Assembly: GCA_041165285.1 (NCBI GenBank)
Contig: JBEANV010000543.1
Coordinates: 24,908 to 88,907 of the forward strand
Direction of reading: 5' to 3'
Length of the DNA stretch: 64,000 bases
Source: Pseudomonadota bacterium
Lineage (GTDB): Bacteria; Pseudomonadota; Gammaproteobacteria; Burkholderiales; Burkholderiaceae_C
Position 1 is the first letter of the stretch. Every line of letters starts with the position of its first letter. Below are positions 27,822 to 36,300 of the stretch, piece by piece. The notes under the pieces were generated by a model, which worked only from the letters and a program-made list of their open reading frames with translations, was not told the DNA's origin and made no database searches. The translations under genes were made by a program, and so were the position numbers.

Positions 27822-30800
27822 TCACCCCATCATCGCTTTCAGAGCCTCCTGTGCTGCTTTGATGGCATGTTGGGTGTAGACCTCCCCGGCAGTCTGCAAT
27901 AACCCCATGGTGGCGGCGTCCAATGCGCGCCGCGCTGCGATTTCTTCGAACCGCGGGGCGATGTCCGGGGCCATCAGGTCGGCGGTCTTGCTGATGATCG
28001 ACTGCAGGAAGTCGTGATCGGCATCCGTGGCTGGCAGAGGGGCCAGCGCGGGCGCAGGCACGGGCACAGCCGGGGCCGGTGAGGTGTCCGCCGCTGCTGG
28101 TTGTGCCGCGCGTTCGCTGGCCTTGTCTTCCATCGCTCGCTCCAATCGCTTCTTGTACCGGCCGATTTCGCCGTTGTTGTTCGACAGCATGTAGTCGGCG
28201 AACCCGACCCGACCAAGGTCGTCCTTCGTGCGCAGCTTGGCAATCATCCTGTCGCTGAAGCCCATGGCGCGCAGCGCGGCATCCCCCTTCGTGGAGTCCT
28301 TGTTGCGGATGTGCTTGTTCGTCTCGCGCATGACTCCAGCGTAGGCGTTCAGGTACTCCAGCTTCCGCTCCAGCTTCCCGGTCAGGTCCGGGTCATCGCT
28401 GGTGATCGCGCCAGTGGGGGCGGCCTTGCCAAGTCGGTCCAGGTTCTGCATCGCCGTCAGCTCGCCGGTAGGCGCGGCGACCGGTGCTGGCGCAGGTTCT
28501 GCGGCGCCTTGCGTGCCGGATTCCTGTGCTGGCGTGCTTTGGCGCACAGCCTTGTCACCGTCATAGAAGGTGACGCGGACAACATCGCTCAGAGCGACGG
28601 CGCCAGAGTCCATCCCGATTTCGACCTCATGGCCCATTCCTGAGTGAATCCCGGAATAGACCCGCCCGCCGTCCATTGGGCGAGTCTCAAGCAAAACGGA
28701 CGTGAAGCCCCTTGCGGCGTCCTGGTCCTTGATCTGCGCCAGCTTGGCGGCGATCTCTGCACGCCCCTTCTCCTGAAGGCCGGAAATTTTCTTGTCAAGG
28801 CTGTCGTACTCGGGCCGGAGTGGCGCAATTACCGGGTCTTTTCGCTTCAGGTAGCTGTCAAGGTCATCGAAACTTCGGGCGCCAAGCTCAACGGCTCGCG
28901 CCTGAATGATCCCGTCAAGCTCATGGTGGCGCGCGGCCAGCGGCTTCAGTTCGGCCTGCAGTGGCCCTTGTTGCACAGCGTATTCAGCGCGGCGTGTTTT
29001 CTCGTTGCCTTGGTTGATGACGCCAGCAGTTGGCGCCAGCGCGAAGAACACCTCGCGGCGCTTGTCCCATGCATTGAAGGTGTTCAGCCCGCCCTTGATT
29101 CGCCCGCTGGCGAGAATGTCGGCCCATTCTTCGGGCGACACCGATCGGAACAGTGGCGCCGGCCCGTCCATCGGACCACCGTTGATCGCGGCCGGCGCAA
29201 CGGGCACCGGGACAGGTGCTGGCGCCGGACGCTTCGCCCATTCGGCCTGCAGCGTTTCGTACTCGCCGTCGTGCATCCCCGTGTCCATCCGGGCGGCCTC
29301 CTGCATACCGACCGGGAATGTGCCGGCTTCGATCTGCTTCAGGTACCGGGTGAACTGCTCAGATGGCCCCGCACTCTGCGGAGGCAAGTCCTGTGCGCCG
29401 CCAGGGGGAATCACCGCCTCAATGACCTTGACGAGCTGCGGTAGGTCACGCCAGCAGTCGGCCGCCGCTTCGTCCTGCGGCTTCGTCGTCAGCTTGTTTT
29501 TCTGCAGCGCGCCGAACATGGTGCGGGCCTTGACGATTGATTCGCGCCAGTCGTTCGGCGCGCTGTGCTGCATCACCTGCGGCAGCGTCAAAGTCGCCCC
29601 GTTCTTCACCTGCTCGAAAAGCTCTTTCGCCAGCGCCATGATGTCGTCCGACCGACCGGTGGCGTCAATCCCGGTCTCGCGGAACAGGCTGTCGATGATG
29701 GCGACTTCCACACTCGCCCGAGTTGGCGAGTTCCATCCCGGCGTGGCAATAATCGTCGGGTGCGCCCTGTCGCGCTGCACGATCCCGGCCGCCAAAGCAC
29801 GGGCAATCCCAGCGTCGCTCACGGCGGGCGGCATCGGTGCCGTCGCGCTGGCAATGGCCGCCTTCACGTCGCCCAGGCGGTAGCTCGGAACCACGATCCC
29901 GCTGCCCGTCGTGCGGGTGGTGTACGGGTTCGCCAGGATCTTCGGCCACTTCGATTCAGGCACGCCGGCATTCATCGCCATCGTCTTCACGTCGCCCGCG
30001 CCGAGAACCAGCGCATCGCCCTTGGCCTCCTCTTCAGCGATCTTGCGCAACCAGCCCGATGCAAGGTCAATGTCCCCCTGCGGGTAGGTCACGCCAGCCG
30101 GCCAGCCCAGCTTCAGCGTCTCCACTGCGGCCACGGCATCGCCAATGCGCTTGCGGTGGTCGGCGGCCCGGATTGCCAGCTCGCGCGGGGTCATGCCGCT
30201 GTAGTCGCTGACCGTGAACTCCAGTCGCTCCGCGGCTTCGGTAGCCTGCTTCTTTGATGTCGGCGGGACAGGTGCAGGCGGCGCCACTGGTGCGGTAGCG
30301 CCGACCATCGCCTTGAGCTGTTCGTAGACCATGCCGGCCATGTCCTGCGTGCGATCCAATGCATCAACCCCGGCCAGCGACTTGGCGCGGTTGCTCACGG
30401 CGTTGCCGAACTCCGACAGGTCCGAAGCGTCCCCGCTTTCGTACATCTCGCTGTAGGCGTCCGCGTAATCGCGCATGTCCTCGGCAACCCGGCTAGCGAC
30501 ACGGGCGGTTGACCCGGAATCGACGCGCAGCAGCTCGAACGACTTCAGTTCCGCCTCGGTCAGTTCCCGGTCAGTGACCATGATCCCGTGGCGTGCCACA
30601 TCCTCGAAAGGTTGTCCTTTGGCTGGCCGCGGATCAAGGGTATACGTCAGGCCAGCAGGGATCGATCCAGGTGCGGGCGGCCGGTTCACCAGCGCGTAGC
30701 GGTAGCGGGCGATCACAGGCGGCGCGGCGGCCGGCCGCGCTCGCTCGGCCAGCAATGCCCGGCACAAGGCGATCCGCTCACTCGGGCTGGTGCTGGCGCG

Positions 30801-31484
30801 GATCTGGTCGTGCAGCGCATCCGTCTCGACAGAATCCAGCATCGCACCAAACTCGGCAGACAGGGTGGCCCACTCATCATCTGCGCCAACCGAATCGAGC
30901 ACGGCGGCCTTTCCGCCTAGCTTGTCGGCATGGAATGCCGACCGCTTGGAGTGGAAGTCGGCCATGACCTCGTGGTATTTCTTCGTGCCGCCGCTGGTTT
31001 TCGATGCCGCCTCCCTGTGCGTTCGTGCTGCGCCATGGTGGGTCTTGTGCAGCAGGTCATCCTCTTCAGGGATGTCCTTGTCTGCTCCCCGCAGTTGCCG
31101 GGACTGGATGGATGCGTATTCGCTGACGTTGTTCGCTTTGACGTGCTGGTTCCCTCGGAACGGGTGACCGGGGAAGTCGCCATCAAGAATCGGATCTCCG
31201 CCAGCATCATCGAACAGCGATGCTGCGCCGATGCCGCCCCATTCATCGGCATCTTTCTCGAACTTGAACCCGTCACCATCCAGAAACGGCACGTCGTTCG
31301 GGTGCATCGTGTCGGGCGAAATACTCATGCCGTCGATGTTGACGCAGCGCAGCATGTGCGACTTGAGCAGGGCCACGGCCGGGCCATCGCCATCAAGGCG
31401 GACGCCCTGGTGCTCGCCGAAAACCATCGTCACGTCGCCGGCTGGCGTGCTGGCCAGGACCGTGACCTCGGGGGCGTTGTTCAT
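27822..31484 (-). CDS. Large polyvalent head-cargo protein: DarA C-terminal-like domain, possible ADP-ribosyltransferase-like domain, DUF3560-like segment
   Basis: YALVNRPPAPGSIP...RHG....RELT..E..SFEL (DarA_C-like); FRSVS.EE; I.SDDP...KL...GF..Y.LSNNN.EI. Pro/Ala linkers between domains. Confidence 0.65.
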   Translation of the reverse strand: MNNAPEVTVLASTPAGDVTMVFGEHQGVRLDGDGPAVALLKSHMLRCVNIDGMSISPDTMHPNDVPFLDGDGFKFEKDADEWGGIGAASLFDDAGGDPILDGDFPGHPFRGNQHVKANNVSEYASIQSRQLRGADKDIPEEDDLLHKTHHGAARTHREAASKTSGGTKKYHEVMADFHSKRSAFHADKLGGKAAVLDSVGADDEWATLSAEFGAMLDSVETDALHDQIRASTSPSERIALCRALLAERARPAAAPPVIARYRYALVNRPPAPGSIPAGLTYTLDPRPAKGQPFEDVARHGIMVTDRELTEAELKSFELLRVDSGSTARVASRVAEDMRDYADAYSEMYESGDASDLSEFGNAVSNRAKSLAGVDALDRTQDMAGMVYEQLKAMVGATAPVAPPAPVPPTSKKQATEAAERLEFTVSDYSGMTPRELAIRAADHRKRIGDAVAAVETLKLGWPAGVTYPQGDIDLASGWLRKIAEEEAKGDALVLGAGDVKTMAMNAGVPESKWPKILANPYTTRTTGSGIVVPSYRLGDVKAAIASATAPMPPAVSDAGIARALAAGIVQRDRAHPTIIATPGWNSPTRASVEVAIIDSLFRETGIDATGRSDDIMALAKELFEQVKNGATLTLPQVMQHSAPNDWRESIVKARTMFGALQKNKLTTKPQDEAAADCWRDLPQLVKVIEAVIPPGGAQDLPPQSAGPSEQFTRYLKQIEAGTFPVGMQEAARMDTGMHDGEYETLQAEWAKRPAPAPVPVPVAPAAINGGPMDGPAPLFRSVSPEEWADILASGRIKGGLNTFNAWDKRREVFFALAPTAGVINQGNEKTRRAEYAVQQGPLQAELKPLAARHHELDGIIQARAVELGARSFDDLDSYLKRKDPVIAPLRPEYDSLDKKISGLQEKGRAEIAAKLAQIKDQDAARGFTSVLLETRPMDGGRVYSGIHSGMGHEVEIGMDSGAVALSDVVRVTFYDGDKAVRQSTPAQESGTQGAAEPAPAPVAAPTGELTAMQNLDRLGKAAPTGAITSDDPDLTGKLERKLEYLNAYAGVMRETNKHIRNKDSTKGDAALRAMGFSDRMIAKLRTKDDLGRVGFADYMLSNNNGEIGRYKKRLERAMEDKASERAAQPAAADTSPAPAVPVPAPALAPLPATDADHDFLQSIISKTADLMAPDIAPRFEEIAARRALDAATMGLLQTAGEVYTQHAIKAAQEALKAMMG

Positions 31485-33379
31485 GCGTTCTCCTGTGCGG
31501 CCTGTGCCGACTTGGTTTGTTCTGAGCGGCGCTTGGCAAAGGCCGCGGCAATCCTGATGACCGAATCTCGGGACTTGTCGGCGGTGACCCACGGTGCCCA
31601 GGCATGGCCATCGCCGCTGTCACGCTCGAACTTCCACGCGACAGCCATTGCCTTGATGTGGTCAAGATCCTTTTCACGGGACACGCCGTAGTTCCCGTAC
31701 TTCAGGATGAACCCGGCGCCATCTCGGCCGGTGGCTGGGTTCTTGACCTTCTTGCTGGCGAAGAGGTGGAAGGCGCCGGCGTAGCTGCCCAGGTACGTGC
31801 CGTTGCCCTTGCGGGTGTAGTAGTCCACATCCCACCCCTGTTCACCCAAGTCTGGCGTGGTGCCGGCACCCTCAAGTACGGCGGCATCGGCCAGCGTCTT
31901 GATTGCGGCATTGAATGCAGCCTCTTTGGCGCCGGCCATCTTGGCATTCAACTCGCCGGCCTGTGCCAGCACCGCCTGAGCCGACTTGAACAGCGGGTCA
32001 GGCTGGGCAGACAGGATGCCGGCGATCAACGCGAAGTGCTCAGGATCTTCAGCGATGCGCGAACCCAGCACCTCGGGGGAGTGGAACGACTCGACACCCA
32101 TGGAAATGACTTCGGTTGCATCGCTGTAAATCTTCCCCACGTAGGGATGAAAGAACCCGTCCGAATACGCCTTCTCATCCCCGCGGTAGGAATCGCTCCC
32201 AGTGAGCGAGCGCATGGACTTGACTTCGCCGCCGCGCTTCTTGAGGAACCCCTTTGCGGCGACCAAAACATCCGGGTCCGCCTCCAAGTGGTGCGCCATC
32301 TCGTGCCACAGCACGCGCTTGTTGAAGTCGCTGTCGATGTTCACCACTGAGGTGCCGTGCCCGTGGATGCCGTTGGCGTTTGCCCGGCTCCCGCCGTCCG
32401 AGTCGAAGGTGATTGACGCCAGCCGGCCGCGGGTCAGGCGATAGAAGGCGGCCATGTCCTTCCGCGCCGAATCGACGGGGTAGCCGCTGGTCTTCAGCCG
32501 GTTCGCGGCGTTCTTGGTGATCGTCTGCTTGCTCGCCCAGGCTTGCGCCTCTGCTTCGGTGACGGGCGAGCTTTCCATGATCGACTCGATCAACTTTGCG
32601 GCTCGCTCGGCATTGCGGGCATCCGCCGCCGCCAGTTCGGCGGTCAGCATCGTGACGCCCATGCGGTCGCTTGCTGCTTCTCGCTCCACTGCGGCGCGGT
32701 CGTTTCTGGCCTTGATGACGCGGACACGGACCTCGTTGTCCTGCTCCTTGCTGGCCCCATCACCCAGCTCAGTCAGCGCGGCGTCGATCTCTGCATAGAC
32801 CCCTGCATGGGCCTTCGCGTTGATCTTCAGGTGCTCCGAGCGCAGCGCCGTGGACATCTCTTTGAGCTGCTTGCGCAGCGTCTTGGCGAGCGACGAATCA
32901 ACCTTGCACTCCATCGCCACGCTTTCCGCTGCCGCTCCGGCCTGCTTGAAGGCGGCCAGCCGCGCAGCCTCGTGGTCACGCGGGCGAACGTCAACGCCAG
33001 CCAGCCGCTTGAGCTTGTCCAGATCCTCGCGCAGCGCCCCGCCGACCCCGCTTTCAGGCCGCTGCGCCTCGCCGATGATGTAGCCCGCCACCATTTCGGC
33101 GTATCGCCTGCGGGTCAGGATGGCGCCGTCGCCGATGTCCTCCGGGATCGGCTCGCTCAGGATGCCAAGCAGCTCCGGGATTGCCGCGTGTGGGCGAAGA
33201 ATATCCAGCGTTGGCGAGCCATGCGCCCGGCCCTGCAAGTCATCGCGCAGCACCCTCGCCTGTTCGGCCAGCAGCGCGGCTTTGCCGAAGTGGTCGGATG
33301 CCACGGCCAGCCTCCCCGCCAGAACCACATCGCGCAGCCGGTGCGCCAGCCCCATCCGGCCAAGCGCCTCACTCGACAT
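31481..33379 (-). CDS. Zincin-like metallopeptidase (P1 DdrB C-terminal-like)
   Basis: LWHEMAHHLE (HExxH) with downstream EVISMG.E third ligand. Confidence 0.7.
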   Translation of the reverse strand: MSSEALGRMGLAHRLRDVVLAGRLAVASDHFGKAALLAEQARVLRDDLQGRAHGSPTLDILRPHAAIPELLGILSEPIPEDIGDGAILTRRRYAEMVAGYIIGEAQRPESGVGGALREDLDKLKRLAGVDVRPRDHEAARLAAFKQAGAAAESVAMECKVDSSLAKTLRKQLKEMSTALRSEHLKINAKAHAGVYAEIDAALTELGDGASKEQDNEVRVRVIKARNDRAAVEREAASDRMGVTMLTAELAAADARNAERAAKLIESIMESSPVTEAEAQAWASKQTITKNAANRLKTSGYPVDSARKDMAAFYRLTRGRLASITFDSDGGSRANANGIHGHGTSVVNIDSDFNKRVLWHEMAHHLEADPDVLVAAKGFLKKRGGEVKSMRSLTGSDSYRGDEKAYSDGFFHPYVGKIYSDATEVISMGVESFHSPEVLGSRIAEDPEHFALIAGILSAQPDPLFKSAQAVLAQAGELNAKMAGAKEAAFNAAIKTLADAAVLEGAGTTPDLGEQGWDVDYYTRKGNGTYLGSYAGAFHLFASKKVKNPATGRDGAGFILKYGNYGVSREKDLDHIKAMAVAWKFERDSGDGHAWAPWVTADKSRDSVIRIAAAFAKRRSEQTKSAQAAQENA

Positions 33380-36300
33380 TTTCGGCCTCTTCTCGCTTCG
33401 CCCAATGCGTGATGGCCTCGTTTGCCAGTGCCTCCACATCGCCGGCCAGTTCGCCGGACTTGGCCAGGGCTGAAATGGCGCTGTCGATCTCATCCAGAAG
33501 GCTGTTCAGCCCGGTCTGATCCTTGTCGCCGGCAACCACCGTGCGCAGGAATGCGATGTGCTCGCTTTCCTGCGGTGTCGGATCAGGGGCTGCCGCGATC
33601 AACTTCTGAGCGTGGTCAAACTCGGTCTTTGACACGGAATACTCGCCCAGCCAGTATTCCGGCACCTTGCCGCCTGCAGCAACCTTTCTCTCGTGAGCGC
33701 GAGTGTCCTCATTGCTCGCCACGCGCTGCTGATTCCGCGTCATCGGCCTGACCTTGTTCACCATCGTCATTGACGGCACGCTGCCGCGCGAAACCAGCGT
33801 CTCGACAAACTTGGATCGCGGCATCATCTCGCCCTCGAACCTGACATCAGCGTTCAGGTAGTCCATCGCCTTGATCTCGGCCAGCGACTTCCCCTCAGTA
33901 GCGGACTGGCGGGCCGCTTTTTCCTTTGCAGCCAGCTCATCTTTCGCGGCGATCTCGGCCTTCCAAGCTGCGTCACGGTCGCGCTGTAAATTCATTTCTT
34001 CGGCAATGGTTTTTGCCTCTTCTTCGGAGTCTGCAACTCGGTCACCGCCAAGCGGCCGATCACCAGCCGCGACTCGCGCAGCGTTTTCGTCGGTCTGTAC
34101 GATCCATCTTGAGATGGCTTCTCCACCGCGGGATCTGATCTGCTTGCTGATGAGCCTCCCGGCATGGGTGAAATCTTGCGGCGCGGCTGGTGGTTCAGCG
34201 GCCGGGACCGGCATGGGTTCGGCCACCGGCTTGTCGAACAGGCTGATGGTCTGCGCTCCCTCGCCATAGACCCGCTCCAGTTCGCGGTTCGCCGCGGCCA
34301 CGATGTCAGCGAAGGCTACCGGCTGCGAGTCGCCGAACATATCCGTGGTCTGGCCCTTGAGGATTTCGGCCTTGATGAACACGGCCATCGCCTTGAAGGC
34401 GGCGCCCATGCGCGCGGCGCTGCGATTGTTCTTGCTGATGAACACCGCCATCGCCGCCACGTCCGGGTCAATGTCGCCGAACAGGCCAGACTGCTTCACG
34501 AACTCATCGACGGTCTGTCCGGCTTCCTTCGCCTGACGAATGACGCCCGCGGCGCCCAGCAGCGCCTCAACTGCCTTGGCATTCAGTGACTGCTCAACGC
34601 CGTCAACCAGCTTCCCGGTCGCGCCCTTCGCCGCCTTCGGGTCCAGTGCCGCCGCTTGGATGAACTCGGGCGCGGCGTGGTTCAGCGCCTTGACGATGTT
34701 CGCAATCTCGGGCTTTGCCACGTCGGCGGTCAACTCAAGCAGGCGCTCGTCGTTGTACGCCTTGGCGAAGATGGCGGCCTGCACGCGGGCAATCAGGGTG
34801 CTGGTCGGCTTGCCGTCGCTGGTGCTGTACTGCGCGGCCTCGGCGTCGCCCAGGCTTCGCAGGAACGCCGACAGGAACGGGATGTTCTCTTGCGCCGTCA
34901 GGTCACCGTTTTCGGTCATCAGCGCGATCGTCGCGTCGTCCAGTCGGTCGGCATCTGCCTTCGCCTTCTCCGTGGCCGTCATGCTCAACTTGTCGTCCTG
35001 ATTGGCCTCCACCGTGAACGCCTTGCGGTCGATTTCGCTGGTGCGGACACGGACCAGCACCGGGTGAACCATGCCCTGCACGCGGCTCGCCTTGACGCCG
35101 AACGATTCGGCTTCGTCGGTCAGCCACTGGCGGTATTCATCGGCCGTGCCCTTCTTGTAGGCCAGCAGGATCGCCATGCATCGCCCATTGCCGGACTCCA
35201 CCACGCGATCCCGCCCGATGATCGGGGCGCCCGTGTCGGCGCGGCGCGTCTTGCCGAGCTGGTCCGGGTCCAGGTCCGCCGCCGTCTTGATGACCCATGC
35301 CCGCGACGTTTCGCGCTTGCGGTCGCGCGGCTGCAGCTCTGCCGGGTAGTCGGGGTTCGTGTTCCCGGTTTCCGGGTCGTTCGACGTGATCAGGCGCGCG
35401 GCCTCGATCACGGTGAACCCGGTCATCACCTTCGTGCCCTTGGCGGTCTTGACCTCGTTTTCCTTGCCTTCCGGGTCAACCGTGTTTTCTGCATCAGGCG
35501 TGGCAGTGATCTCGCTTCCGGTTGGCAGTGCTTTCGCCCGAGAGATGGCATATTCTTTGGTGGTGAATCCGCGGCCGAACCCTTCGATGTCCCACACCAC
35601 ATCACCACTCACGCCGATGGCCGGCTTGACCACATAGCCGTTGACCACGACTGGATCACCTGCAGCCTTCAGAATCTCCAGCTCTTGCGCTTCGCGCAGC
35701 CCCCATCCGTCGGTGCGCGCTTTCACCGCCTTGACAAGCTCTGCCTGAGTGCTTTCTATCAAAGCGGCGGTAGTCTTGGTCCGGGAGTAGGCGCCGAACC
35801 CAGCATTCGCCAAAATCTCCTGTGCAGCGTCGTACTTCATGCCGGCCAGCATCTCGATGGCGTCTTGCAGCCGGCCGGATTTCAAGAAGTCGCTGAAGCC
35901 AATCTTCGGCGCATTCAAGTCGCCGCCGAACATATCTCCACCGGCAGGCTGGACAGGATCTGGCGTCGGTGCCACCGGGGCCGGGCTGATCGTCCACGCC
36001 GCCGCCTTCGCGCTTGGCGTCACGTCCGGCACGCCGCCCAGGCTGACGATCAGCGCCTCAATCTCGGCAACGTTCCCGTTCTTCTGCGCAAGCCCACGGA
36101 TCTTCTCCAGATCCGCATTGCTCTGCGCGATGCTGCTGGCGCCGCCACGCCAGACCTCGGATTCGTACCGGCCGCCGCCGCCGATCTTCGGGTTTTCGTC
36201 CAGCCCCGTGCGGGCGGTCTCCATCCGGCTCTTCAGGTCGGTCAGGCGGTCAATTGCGCGGGTGACGAACTGCACCACGCTCGCAGGCAGCGGCTTTGGC

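Noticed and set aside
23716-27862. Long plus-strand ORFs (734 aa, 677 aa) and similar ones at 34656..37361 and 50812..52266
   Set aside because: Antisense shadows of high-GC minus-strand genes, with no motifs or RBS.
34300-35460. Plasmid partition ParB
   Set aside because: The ParB-like motif is an internal domain of the giant DdrB-type protein; no parA, repA or iterons nearby.
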